NCBI GenBank assembly: GCA_048939015.1
Contig: JBHLPW010000009.1
Span: 25,495-89,494, forward strand
Reading direction: 5' to 3'
DNA from: Promethearchaeota archaeon
GTDB lineage: Archaea; Asgardarchaeota; Lokiarchaeia; Sigyniarchaeales; SOKP01
Length of the DNA stretch: 64,000 bases
Part shown: piece after piece, positions 38,438 to 48,994 of the stretch
Position numbering within the stretch: the first letter of the stretch is position 1
Layout: each line of letters starts with the position of its first letter
Notes under the pieces: generated by a model
What the model saw: only the letters and a program-made list of their open reading frames with translations
The model's database searches: none
What the model was told of the DNA's origin: nothing
Made by a program: the position numbers and the translations under genes

Positions 38438-39865
38438 TTACTTTAATTCAAGTTCAGCGATTTTATTTAATTCTTCTTTTAATACATCATCTATAGGTCT
38501 TAAAGATGATTTTTCTGCTAATTGTTTTGATAATTCTCTCGCTCTTTGTCTAGTCGATTTTGAACCACTATCTTTCCATGCATCCCGAGTCATTCGATCA
38601 ATAATCGAACTTGGGAGGAATAATTCTTTTCTAAACAATTTCAAGGTTGATGGATGAGATAAGAGTTCTTCTTTCTCTTCATAATCTTTTAGGATATCTG
38701 AAGCAAATGGACGATTATGTACTTCAATACCTTGAATGAATCTTTTTATCATTCCTATTATTTCATTGTCAATAATTAATTTCTCAACACTTTGAGTGGA
38801 TTCGAAATCTAGCATTCCAGGACCAGAAATCATATTAATTCCTGCTAATGCAGCTAAAAGAGCTCCCATACCAGCTTCAAAACCAGCTTGACTATCTGGA
38901 ATTTTAGAATCACTAAGGGACATATAAGCATGTGTTGGTAAATTCAAGAATTTACCCATCTCAATATCCCCTAAGTTAATCATCATTGTTTCAATCGCAC
39001 CCATTGGTGTTGTACCATGGCGCATATCAAATATTGCTGGAGAACCTCCCCAAATTAAAGGAGCTCCTTTTTTAGTTAATTGTATAATAACAATTCCTGC
39101 AAGACATTCAGCACAATGCTGAGTTATTGATCCTATCAAGGTGATTGGAGCATTGGCTCCCGCTAATGGCATTGAAACAAACTCCGAAGGAATCATGCTT
39201 CTAGCGGCATCAATTATTGATTGAGTCGTAAGATCTGACCATTTGAGAGGAGGGCTAGGACATGCATCGAATATGGCTAGAGGTTTCCTTGCTAAGTCTT
39301 CTTCTGAAAGTCTACATGTTAAAAGAATTTCTCTCATAATTGAGAAGCTTTCTTTTCGGAAGGTTCCTGTCACAACTGGTTTATAGCAATGAGACAATGC
39401 AAGATACAACCTATGCCAATCTTGAGCTTCTTTGGGGATATCTTGATAAATTAATGCAGTACTTTGGGCATCAACATATTTTAATTGTTCAACAATTCTA
39501 GAAAATCTAATAAAATCATTAGAAAATGCTTCTCTGATATCTCCTGTTTCTTCATCAAGCAAAAATATTGCTGCTGATCCAGGATCAAAGTTAACGTTAT
39601 TTCCACTTAGAGTAGTATGTTTATTACCCTCTCGGTCATAAAGATTTATTTCATTTGGCACAGATTTTAGACTTTTATCAATCAAATCTGGTGGAATCAA
39701 AAAACGTGAACCTTCATGAATTATCCCATGTTTATTAAATAATTCTATGGCTTCATTGTTTTCTATAAAAACACCTTGCGTTTCAAGGATGACTTTTGCC
39801 TCCTCTAAAATCAATTTTTTATGCTTATCATCTAGTATTTTAATCTCTGGTCGAATTATAGGCAT
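38438..39865 (-). CDS. Trimethylamine methyltransferase (MttB superfamily), non-pyrrolysine type
   Basis: SPPLKW, APITLIGS..Q..AE.LAG, SDSKIPDSQAGFE, ALAGINMISGPGML, EKLIIDNEI; no in-frame TAG. Confidence 0.9.
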   Translation of the reverse strand: MPIIRPEIKILDDKHKKLILEEAKVILETQGVFIENNEAIELFNKHGIIHEGSRFLIPPDLIDKSLKSVPNEINLYDREGNKHTTLSGNNVNFDPGSAAIFLLDEETGDIREAFSNDFIRFSRIVEQLKYVDAQSTALIYQDIPKEAQDWHRLYLALSHCYKPVVTGTFRKESFSIMREILLTCRLSEEDLARKPLAIFDACPSPPLKWSDLTTQSIIDAARSMIPSEFVSMPLAGANAPITLIGSITQHCAECLAGIVIIQLTKKGAPLIWGGSPAIFDMRHGTTPMGAIETMMINLGDIEMGKFLNLPTHAYMSLSDSKIPDSQAGFEAGMGALLAALAGINMISGPGMLDFESTQSVEKLIIDNEIIGMIKRFIQGIEVHNRPFASDILKDYEEKEELLSHPSTLKLFRKELFLPSSIIDRMTRDAWKDSGSKSTRQRARELSKQLAEKSSLRPIDDVLKEELNKIAELELK

Positions 39866-39893
39866 TTTTTTATTCTCCTATGATAAGTAATTA

Positions 39894-40772
39894 TTAACGA
39901 GAATCAATGATTTTACGGATTTCTTTTATCGTTGTTGGAGATGTTCCGCAACATCCACCTACAATCTTTGCACCTATATCTATCATTTTGCCAACATCTT
40001 CAGCAAAATCTTCAGCAGATTGTTCATAAAATGTTTTAGTACCCTTAACTACAGGCTGTCCCGCGTTAGGTTTTATAGAAAGGGGTCTGTCTGTAATTTT
40101 TTTTGCAATTTTTAATAGTTCAAGCATATCACTAGATCCCAGTGTACAATTCGCTCCTATCACATCTACATTTTCATTATCTAGCATTTCTATACATTTT
40201 TCTAAAGAATCCCCCATTATGGTAAAAAAACCTCTTTTGGTTTTCTTATAAGTCATTGAGGAAATGATTGGCTTCTTAGAAATATCACGAATAGCCTTAA
40301 TTGCTGCTAACATTTCTTCGATATCCGAAATTGTTTCAATGTGCCAGAGATCTACACTTTTATCTAATAGTTCTGCTTGAGTTGAAAAACTGGAATACCA
40401 TTCTTCACTTGAAGCATTTCCTACAGGAGGTCTAAATTCACCTGTTGGACCAATATCACCAACAATTAAACTTCCTGAGGGACATGCTTTTTTGATATTC
40501 TCTAAAGCTTTCTCTATAATTTCTATAATCCTATCTTCGAGATTATGGCGACGTAAATTTAATGGAGTTGAACCAAAAGTATTCGATTGGCACATATCTG
40601 AGCCTGCATCATAATAAGATTTGTGAATTTCCACAATCGTATCTGACTTTTCAATATTTAATATATCTGGAACTTTTCCTGGTTCTAAACCTCTCTTAAT
40701 AAGTTCTGTTCCCATACCTCCATCGAATAGAATAACTTTAGAGTCATCCTTCAACCAATCTTGAAATAGCAT
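39894..40772 (-). CDS. Homocysteine S-methyltransferase domain protein (stand-alone MetH N-terminal module)
   Basis: FDGGMGTEL, DIGPTG, IET, GANC, KPNAG, IVGGCCGTSP. Confidence 0.9.
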   Translation of the reverse strand: MLFQDWLKDDSKVILFDGGMGTELIKRGLEPGKVPDILNIEKSDTIVEIHKSYYDAGSDMCQSNTFGSTPLNLRRHNLEDRIIEIIEKALENIKKACPSGSLIVGDIGPTGEFRPPVGNASSEEWYSSFSTQAELLDKSVDLWHIETISDIEEMLAAIKAIRDISKKPIISSMTYKKTKRGFFTIMGDSLEKCIEMLDNENVDVIGANCTLGSSDMLELLKIAKKITDRPLSIKPNAGQPVVKGTKTFYEQSAEDFAEDVGKMIDIGAKIVGGCCGTSPTTIKEIRKIIDSR

Positions 40773-40799
40773 ATCTTCTTACCTCTCTATATTCATTTT

Positions 40800-41456
40800 T
40801 TATTTCCTTTGAAAAGAATTAACTAATTTTACAGCATCAATAGCATTTTCAGCAAAACCATCAGCATTACACTCTTTCACCCAAGTAGTTGTCACAGGAG
40901 CACCGCCAAGAATAACCTTAAATTTATCTTTTAAACCATTTTCTTTTAAAATATCTATAATCTTCTTTTGACCAATCATAGTAGTTGTTAAAAGAGCAGA
41001 AACACCAATAATATCTGCATTATTCTCTATTGCCTTATCGATGATTTTTTTAGCAGGAACATCAGCGCCTAAATCAAAAACTTCATAGCCATATGCTCTT
41101 AGCATTGTAGCTACAATCGTTTTTCCAATTGAATGAATATCTCCTTCTATTGTGGCTATAACAACTTTACCTTGAGTAATGCTTTCTGATCCTTCTTTAA
41201 GGTGCGGTACTAGTAAATCTAAACATTTTTGCATTATATCTGCTCCTCTCATCAATTCAGGTAAGAAAAATTCACCTTCTTCCCATAATTCACCCACTTT
41301 TCGAATTCCTGCAGCAAATCCATTCTCTATAACATCAAGTAGATTAATCTTATTTTTTATTGCCTTGTTGGCTAACCCAATTGCTTCTTCCTCTTCTAAA
41401 TTAACAATGGAATCTATGATCTTTTTATATAACTCCTCTTTAGTCAAATCAACCAT
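40800..41456 (-). CDS. Cobalamin-binding corrinoid protein (MttC/MtbC-like)
   Basis: GEFFLPEL, GDIHSIGK, DLGADVP, SALLTTT, ILGGAP. Confidence 0.92.
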   Translation of the reverse strand: MVDLTKEELYKKIIDSIVNLEEEEAIGLANKAIKNKINLLDVIENGFAAGIRKVGELWEEGEFFLPELMRGADIMQKCLDLLVPHLKEGSESITQGKVVIATIEGDIHSIGKTIVATMLRAYGYEVFDLGADVPAKKIIDKAIENNADIIGVSALLTTTMIGQKKIIDILKENGLKDKFKVILGGAPVTTTWVKECNADGFAENAIDAVKLVNSFQRK

Positions 41457-41537
41457 TACTCGAGTTTAGTAAAATAAATTATAATTCTTTTGTATTACAA
41501 TTAAAGAAAATATTGGTTTAAATAAATTAAATATTAT

Positions 41538-41921
41538 TTATTTAAGGATTGCAATAGCATCTATTTCGATTAACATTCCAGGTACTGGAAAATTTGAGAC
41601 TTCTACTGTCGATCTTGTCGGAAAGATTTCAGTTACACCATTCTTCTCGAAAAAGTCTTTATAAGTTTTATTCATTTTAGTAAAATCGTTTATGTTTTTC
41701 ATAAAAACAGTTATTTTAACAATATTTAAAATACTACTTCCTGCGGCTTCAATAATCTCTTTTATTTTTTCAAGAGCTGTTTCTGTTTGATCTTCTATAT
41801 CCATCGCACCTCCAGCTGGTCCTTGACCTGACACGAAAATAAAATTTCCAACTTTCACTCCAGGGCTATATGGACCTGCAACAGTCGCACCCTCGGGAAA
41901 AACTTTCTCAATATCAACCAT
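41538..41921 (-). CDS. ridA: RidA/YjgF family enamine/imine deaminase
   Basis: GPYS, FVSGQ, PTRSTVEV, LIEIDAIA. Confidence 0.88.
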   Translation of the reverse strand: MVDIEKVFPEGATVAGPYSPGVKVGNFIFVSGQGPAGGAMDIEDQTETALEKIKEIIEAAGSSILNIVKITVFMKNINDFTKMNKTYKDFFEKNGVTEIFPTRSTVEVSNFPVPGMLIEIDAIAILK

Positions 41922-41943
41922 AAAAAATCATATTTTCTCTTTC

Positions 41944-43023
41944 TTAATAATTTTTTCCTCTACCAAGAATCTCCCACCTCTCTTTAAAATGTCCCTCTTC
42001 TACTACAGTAAAGAAATCATATAAATTAACAGTTGTACAAATATGACTCGGATAAATCTCTATTTTTTGACCAATTTCGAAACGATCTTTTGGGGCAGTT
42101 CTAACGATAGAGTGCTCTTCTGTCATAACTTTTATTTTACTCTTTGGATAATATTTAAAGATTGGATTTCCATTATCATTTGTCGCTGCTTTTAATCCTG
42201 CATCGATACTATAAATTCTTTTCCCTGGATTATTAGAAACCGTGCTTAGAACCGTAACAGCTATGTCAAATTCGGGTGATAGTTCAAGATAATGTTCATC
42301 ATTGAAGACATATGTCCCTGGTTGTAGCTCAGTAATACCGTCATAATCTGCTGAGAATTTATAGGTAACCGTATTACTAGCAGTTAAGTATGATATATCA
42401 AATCCATTATTATTCAGGAGATTTCTAGTCTTTACTAATAAATTCATAGAATCTTCTGTTTTTTCCCTCCTTAATTCGGGATCAATAATAGAAATTAAAT
42501 GACCTTCATAACCTTGAAGCCCTACTAACTTTAGATGTGATTTCTTTTTAATTGAATTTGCTAAATTTAAAGCAGGATCTCCCGCTTGTACACCATTTCT
42601 TCCTAAACCCACGTCTACTTCAAGTAAAACTTCTAATTTTTGACCTTCTTTATATGCAATCCTATTTAGATCTGCTATATTCTTTTCAGAATCAACGCAT
42701 ACCCTCACAAGGGATTTTTTATTTAATTTAACCAATCTTTCAATTTGATGGAGATCAACAACTTCATTTGCAATTAAAATATCATCAAATCCATTTTTAG
42801 CGAAGACTTCTGCTTCTCCCACTCTAGCTACACAAATCCCATTAGCTCCAGCTTCTAGTTGCATTTTCCCAATTATAGGACATTTATGTGTTTTAACATG
42901 AGGTCGTAAACCCACATGGTGTTCTTTTGCAAATTTTGCCATTGTTTCAATATTTTTTTTCATAAGATTATAATCAACAACAAGAGCAGGGGTAGAAATT
43001 TCATCTTTCCAATTTTCTTCCAA
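41944..43023 (-). CDS. Fold-type III PLP enzyme, D-threonine aldolase/D-serine dehydratase (DSD1) family
   Basis: TPALVVD, LRPHVKTHK, GYEGH, TELQPGTYVFND, EEH, PSHICTTVNL. Confidence 0.88.
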   Translation of the reverse strand: MEENWKDEISTPALVVDYNLMKKNIETMAKFAKEHHVGLRPHVKTHKCPIIGKMQLEAGANGICVARVGEAEVFAKNGFDDILIANEVVDLHQIERLVKLNKKSLVRVCVDSEKNIADLNRIAYKEGQKLEVLLEVDVGLGRNGVQAGDPALNLANSIKKKSHLKLVGLQGYEGHLISIIDPELRREKTEDSMNLLVKTRNLLNNNGFDISYLTASNTVTYKFSADYDGITELQPGTYVFNDEHYLELSPEFDIAVTVLSTVSNNPGKRIYSIDAGLKAATNDNGNPIFKYYPKSKIKVMTEEHSIVRTAPKDRFEIGQKIEIYPSHICTTVNLYDFFTVVEEGHFKERWEILGRGKNY

Positions 43024-43190
43024 GCTTTACATCTCCGTAGTAGGATATTGAAGAACATAAAGTAAAATGGTAATTAAATTTAATGTAGAATCGGCATGAA
43101 TCATTTAACGGACTGATTAAGATCGAAAAAATTATTTGTTAACTATCTTTTTAATTTTTAATTATTATTGTAAAGGAATTGTGTAGACTA

Positions 43191-44543
43191 ATGACTAAGA
43201 AATTTTCTAAGGAACCAATAAGGGGAATGGATGATTATTACCCTTCAGATTTACGTGAAATTAATTGGATAATTGAAACTATAAGAGATATTACAGAAAG
43301 ATACGGTTATGAAGAGTATGCTACTCCACAAATAGAACTCGTTGAAATTTTTGCTGCGAAATCATCCGATGAATTAGTCAATGAACAATCATTCATCATT
43401 GAAAAAAAAGCAGGAGAAAGATTGATTCTAATCCCAGAGCTTACACCTTCATTAGCTCGAATGGTTGCAAAAAAAAGTCAAGAATTAAAAAAACCAATTA
43501 GGTGGTTTTCTGTTCCAACTTGCTTTAGGTATGAAAGACCTCAACGAGGTCGCCGACGGGCATTTATTCAACCTAATGTAGATATTTTAGGCGAAGAGAG
43601 TCTATATGGAGACCTTGAAATATTTAACATAATTGTGGATATTTTCACTGAATTTGGAGCTACAGCAGAACAGTTTCAAATTTATTTCAATAGTAGGCGA
43701 TTTATGGATTCTGTAAGTAAATTTATACTCCAAATTGAAAAAGAAAAACTCCCTTTAGTCTACAAGGTATTAGATAAATCTGACAAAATGGAAGAGGACG
43801 AATTTGAAAAATTTTTGATTGACACATTTCAAGATGAATTCATCATTCAAGGTGTTTTAAAGCTAAAAGAAGCGACTGATATTGATGAATTGTTGGGGAA
43901 ATTTGATAATATACCAAAAGTATTTTATCAATCTGATGGATATCTCGAGATAACTAATTTTATTAGGCTATTAAAAGAAATAAATCTTTCTAATTATTGT
44001 ACTTTTTCATCTGGGACGGTTAGAGGACTTGATTATTATACTGGAATTATTTATGAGGTATTTGACACTGGAAAAGAAAATAAAAGAAGTATTTTTGGAG
44101 GGGGAAGATATGATGACTTATTATCGATATTCTCTGACGAAAAAATTACTGGTACTGGTTTTGGTATGGGAGTATACACACTTTCTTTGTTTTTGAAAAC
44201 CTATAACTTGATTCCAGAAGACATTAGGTTAAGGGATTATAGTGATACAATCTATATAGCATCTATAAGCGAAGAAACGTCAACTTATGCCTTTGAACTT
44301 GCAAGAATAATTAGAGATGAAGATTTTCCATGTCTAATTGACTATAGATTTAAGAATTTAAAGAATCAACTCGCAAAAGCTAATGAATTGGGAGTTTTAA
44401 TTGTATTAATTATTGGTCCTGAAGAATTAACGGAAAGAACTGTTACTATTAGAAACATGGTTTCTGAAGAACAAAAAACCATTGAGTTAGATGAATTAAT
44501 GAATGAAATATATGATATTATCGATCAATTTGGCGATAATTAG
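43191..44543 (+). CDS. hisS: Histidine--tRNA ligase
   Basis: RGMDDY, PELTPSLAR, FRYERPQRGR, RGLDYYTG, GGGRYDDL. Confidence 0.95.
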   Translation: MTKKFSKEPIRGMDDYYPSDLREINWIIETIRDITERYGYEEYATPQIELVEIFAAKSSDELVNEQSFIIEKKAGERLILIPELTPSLARMVAKKSQELKKPIRWFSVPTCFRYERPQRGRRRAFIQPNVDILGEESLYGDLEIFNIIVDIFTEFGATAEQFQIYFNSRRFMDSVSKFILQIEKEKLPLVYKVLDKSDKMEEDEFEKFLIDTFQDEFIIQGVLKLKEATDIDELLGKFDNIPKVFYQSDGYLEITNFIRLLKEINLSNYCTFSSGTVRGLDYYTGIIYEVFDTGKENKRSIFGGGRYDDLLSIFSDEKITGTGFGMGVYTLSLFLKTYNLIPEDIRLRDYSDTIYIASISEETSTYAFELARIIRDEDFPCLIDYRFKNLKNQLAKANELGVLIVLIIGPEELTERTVTIRNMVSEEQKTIELDELMNEIYDIIDQFGDN

Positions 44544-44614
44544 ATGATTAATAAATATTTTATTTTATAAAATTAGAGTTTATATTCGAAAATTAATAAT
44601 TTTATAAACTCAGG

Positions 44615-45217
44615 ATGAATACAGTGATTATGCCTAAGTCATCAATTACTACCTTCAAAAAAGAGTTGTCACCAGAACAACATGAAGAACTACTCAGAGT
44701 ATTGAAAGCCCGTTTTGAGAAAAACATGAACCGTCATAAAAGTCTTGAATGGGCTAAAGTACAAGCAAAACTGGAAGTTAATACTGAAAAACTATGGTCA
44801 CTCAATGAAATGGAAAGAACTGGTGGTGAACCGGATGTTGTTGGTCATGATAAAAAGACAGGTGAATACATTTTTTATGATTGTTCAGCAGAAAGTCCTA
44901 AAGGTCGTAGAAATATTTGTTACGATCGTGAAGGGCAGGAGGCGAGGGAAAAGAAAGGGGTGCATCCAGAAGGTAACGCTATTGATATGGCAGCGACCAT
45001 GGGCATTGACCTTTTAACGGAAGAACAATATCGAGAATTACAGAAGCTGGGAAATTTCGATATGAAAACGTCGAGCTGGGTGAAAACTCCTTCTGATATT
45101 AGGAAACTTGGAGGCGCTATCTTTGCTGATCGCCGCTACGGACATGTCTTCGTGTATCATAATAGCGCACCCTCTTTCTATGGCGTTAGGGCATTCCGTG
45201 GCTCGCTAAGGGTCTAA
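44615..45217 (+). CDS. DUF4256-like protein
   Basis: LKARFEKNMNRH, SLNEMERTGGEPDVV, DCSAESPKGRR, IRKLGGAIFADRRY, FRGSLRV. Confidence 0.8.
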   Translation: MNTVIMPKSSITTFKKELSPEQHEELLRVLKARFEKNMNRHKSLEWAKVQAKLEVNTEKLWSLNEMERTGGEPDVVGHDKKTGEYIFYDCSAESPKGRRNICYDREGQEAREKKGVHPEGNAIDMAATMGIDLLTEEQYRELQKLGNFDMKTSSWVKTPSDIRKLGGAIFADRRYGHVFVYHNSAPSFYGVRAFRGSLRV

Positions 45218-45483
45218 ATTTGGACTTTGAAATTTAGTATTTCTTTAATTTTTGCGTTTTTCTTAACTCCTTTAGGAGCTAAAATAGAATAGAGAGTTAA
45301 GAAGTTAGAGAAAAGAAAACATCAAATTCAAATTCTTAAAAAATTATTCATATAACAAACAGATTAAAAGTAAAATTGGAAATGAGTCTATTGTTAAAAA
45401 ATTCTAAAATTTGGATCACTCATTGCCAACAATTTCTTGATTGTATAACAAATGTTAATTAAAAAACACAAATCTAACAAATC

Positions 45484-46404
45484 ATGAATTTTATCGAAGA
45501 TTTAATTCAACTAATTACAGAAAAAAGAAGTGTTGTTTGTATGGGACTTGATCCCAGAATGGATAATGAGGGTGAGATCCCCAAATATTTAATTGAAGAA
45601 CTAAAAGAACCAAATAAAATCATTCTAGAATTTAATAAAATATTAATTGAAAATACTTATGATTTAATTCCAGTTGTTAAACCTCAAATAGCTTTCTATG
45701 AAAAATATGAAGCTTTAGAGGCATTAAAAGAAACTATAAAATTCGCCCATAAGAATGATCTATTAGTAATTCTAGATGCTAAGCGAAATGATATAGGAAG
45801 TACTTCTGAAGCTTATGCTTATTCTGTATTTGAGAATTTTAAGGTAGATGCCTGTACTATAAACGCATATCTAGGTTATGATGGTGTTAAACCTTTTTTA
45901 AGTTATAAAGAAAAAGGCTTATTTATTCTTGTAAAAACATCAAATCCAAGTAGCTCTGAATTTCAAGATTTATTTAGTATAAAATTAGATAATGTTCCTA
46001 GCGATTTTATTGAATTTAGAGTAGAAAATAAGCTTTTAAAGAGAAATTATATCCTACTTGCTGAGTTAATAAACTCCTGGAGTAATGATTTAGAAAAATT
46101 TTCAAATTTCACTAATTTAGGAGTTGTTATTGGGGCAACTTATCCTAAAGAATTAAAAAAAATTCGAGAAATTGTAGAATATTCTTTTATATTAATTCCC
46201 GGCTACGGAGCTCAAGGAGCACAGGCGAAAGACATTAAAAATGGCTTTTACAGTAATGGTTTAGGTGGCGTTGTAAACTCATCCAGAAATATCATTTATG
46301 CATATAATAAAAATAAACAGTATTCTCAAGAAAATTTTGGAAGAGCTGCTAGAGATGAAATTGTTAAAATGAGCGCCAAAATCAACAAAGAAATAAATAT
46401 TTAA
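45484..46404 (+). CDS. pyrF: Orotidine 5'-phosphate decarboxylase
   Basis: CMGLDP, KPQIAFY, ILDAKRNDIGST, KTSNP, LIPGYGAQG, NSSR. Confidence 0.95.
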   Translation: MNFIEDLIQLITEKRSVVCMGLDPRMDNEGEIPKYLIEELKEPNKIILEFNKILIENTYDLIPVVKPQIAFYEKYEALEALKETIKFAHKNDLLVILDAKRNDIGSTSEAYAYSVFENFKVDACTINAYLGYDGVKPFLSYKEKGLFILVKTSNPSSSEFQDLFSIKLDNVPSDFIEFRVENKLLKRNYILLAELINSWSNDLEKFSNFTNLGVVIGATYPKELKKIREIVEYSFILIPGYGAQGAQAKDIKNGFYSNGLGGVVNSSRNIIYAYNKNKQYSQENFGRAARDEIVKMSAKINKEINI

Positions 46405-46408
46405 CTTT

Positions 46409-46825
46409 TTAAAAAGTCCCTCCTAGACTTTGACCAAGATTGATCATCGCTGTTATAATTGGACCTACAACAAAAATCATAACGACAACAGATCTTTTTA
46501 ATCCAACTCTATGAAGTAGATTTATAATATTTACATCTATAAAAACAGCAAAGAAAATTACTAACATTATAATTCCTGGATCTCCCTGAAATCTCCCAAT
46601 CATCCCATATAAAATTAAAGGGGAACCAATGAAAAAGATGACTCCAAATTGAATAACCCAGCTAAATGCCACCCATTTTAAATTCTTTTTTACTTGAGCT
46701 TTAGTAATAGCTAAACCAATTTTTAAAAATAACATATCAAAAAGTATTAATAGTACAGCGCTAATAATTAAGCCCATTTGTGCTCCAACAGGAATTCCAA
46801 TTTGAAATAACACAAATCTCACCAA
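46409..46825 (-). CDS. Small four-TM membrane protein
   Basis: Hydrophobic segments; the true start may be a downstream GTG (MLFQ...). Confidence 0.6.
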   Translation of the reverse strand: MVRFVLFQIGIPVGAQMGLIISAVLLILFDMLFLKIGLAITKAQVKKNLKWVAFSWVIQFGVIFFIGSPLILYGMIGRFQGDPGIIMLVIFFAVFIDVNIINLLHRVGLKRSVVVMIFVVGPIITAMINLGQSLGGTF

Positions 46826-46999
46826 ATAGACAATATTATTTAGATTTTAAAATTTCAATTTATATTTATAATAATTTTTAACTATAAGAAACATTTTATT
46901 AAAACAATTTAAACTTAATTAATTAGTACAGATTTACATCAATATCTGAATAACGGAATTGGAGGAAAAATAAGAAGAAAGGAATAAAGGTAATATGCA

Positions 47000-48979
47000 A
47001 TGGTAGAAACTAAAGACGAAACAGTTCAATATGATGAAGAAACACCTAGGATTGCTGTATTTATATGCCAATGAGGAATAAATATTGCTGAAATAATAGA
47101 TACTAAAGCATTAACAGAATTCTCAAAGACTCTTCCAAATGTTGTAGAAGTATTTGATTATATCAGTCTTTGAACCGAACCCGGTGCTGAATTTATTAAA
47201 GAAAAGATGATTGAAAGCAAAGCAAATAGATTAGTTGTTGCATCTTGTACTCCTAAGACTCATGAACCTGTATTTAAAAGTGTTTTAGAATCAATGGGTA
47301 TTGATTCTTCCTATTTAGAATTTGCTAATATACGTGAACATGCTAGCTTTGTACATAAAAAGGATAAAGCAGGAGCTCAAAGAGTAGCAGAAGATATAAT
47401 GCGATCCGCAGTAGCAAGAGCTTCAGTTTTAGAAAAAATCTTAATTAAAGAAGTCGATATAACAAAAAAAGCTTTGATAATCGGTGGAGGTGTAGCAGGT
47501 TTATCTGCAGGAATTGATCTAGCTGAAGAAGGATTTGAAGTTCACTTGGTTGAAAAAAGTCCTACTATAGGTGGAAAGATGGCTAAATTAGATCGTACAT
47601 TTCCTACAGATGATTGTAGTATATGAATACTGGGACCAGTTATGCTTCAAGCGGCAAGAACTCCAAATTTAAATTTATATACATATAGCGAAATTGAAGA
47701 AGTTTCTGGATTTGTTGGAAATTTTAAAGTAAAAATAAGAAAAAACGCACGATATGTGAATAATGATTGTAATGGATGCGGTGCCTGTTTTGAAGTCTGT
47801 CCTGCTTATGGTTATAATGAATTCAATGAAGGAATGGATTCAAGGAGAGCTATATATGTATCTTTTGCTCAAGCTGTGCCTTCATTAGCTCAAATTGATA
47901 TGACTCGTTGTATAAAATGTGAATTATGTAAAGGAGTATGTGAAGTGGATGCAATAGATTTTGATCAACAAGATGAAATAGTAGAACTAAATGTAGGGGC
48001 AATTATTGTTGCAACTGGCTGGGATGAGTTTGAACCACCGACGGGATATTTAGGATATAATAAATATCAAAATGTGATAACTCAACTAAAACTTGAAAGA
48101 ATGTTGGCTCCAAATGGACCTACTATAGGGCATTTAGTAAGACCTTCAGATGGAAAAGAACCAAAGAAAATCCTGTTTATTCAATGTGTCGGTTCAAGAG
48201 ATTTGAATATGAATACATATTGTAGCTCGGGAGTTTGTTGTATGATTTCAATAAAAAATAGTAAATTAATTAAACAACATTACCCAGAGGCAGATATCAC
48301 AGTTGCCTATATGGATATGCGAGCTGCCGGGAAAGATTACGAAGAATATTTTACACTCTCAAGGAAGGAGGGAATTAAGTATATAAGAACAAATGTGAGT
48401 AGAATTAAAGAAGATCCTAAAACGAATAATCTAAAAATCGTAATACAAAATACCTTAGGTTCTGAAGGATTAAAGGAATTAGAATATGACCTTGTAATAC
48501 TTTCGGCATCGATGGTTCCAGCTAAAAATGTGGATATAGTCCAAAAAATGCTTAAACTAGAAACTAGTCAAGACGGATTTTTTAAGGAATTTCACGCTAG
48601 ATTAAATCCTATTGACACTAAAATTCCTGGAATTGTTCTAGCAGGAGTAAGTCAAGGTCCAAAATCAATCGTAGAATCTATAGCTCAAGGGCGTGCAGCA
48701 GCATCTTCTCTTGCGCGATTAATGGGTAAAGATAAGTATCGTATTTTACTAATTCGGGCAACAGTTAATAAAGAAAGATGTGCTAAATGTGGGTTATGTG
48801 AGTTTAATTGTCCCTATAACGCGATAACTCTTATGAGTGATGGAGCTGAAGTAAATGAAATATTGTGTAGGGGTTGTGGATCCTGCCTGGCTAATTGTCC
48901 TTCTGAAGCGATTACTCTTAGATACTATAGAGAACCTCAATATGAGAAACAAATAGATGCTATATTAGAAGAGATTTAG
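47000..48979 (+). CDS. hdrA: Heterodisulfide reductase subunit A, selenoprotein with three in-frame UGA (codons 25, 58, 209); 659 aa
   Basis: Single frame from ATG 47000: RIAVFICQ*GINIA (TGA 47072), DYISL*TEPG (TGA 47171), FPTDDCSI*ILGP (TGA 47624). Each TGA aligns with a conserved HdrA Cys. Also GGGVAG FAD motif, CVGSR/YCSSGVCC and two ferredoxin domains. Confidence 0.93.
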
Positions 48980-48980
48980 A

Positions 48981-48987
48981 GAGGTGA
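48981..48987 (+). promoter_or_regulatory. Shine-Dalgarno-like site of mvhD
   Basis: GAGGTGA 7 nt before TTG 48995. Confidence 0.65.
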
Positions 48988-48994
48988 AAAAAAA

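Noticed and set aside
38438-39865. Pyrrolysine read-through in MttB
   Set aside because: The ORF is uninterrupted and has Leu at the Pyl-equivalent position.
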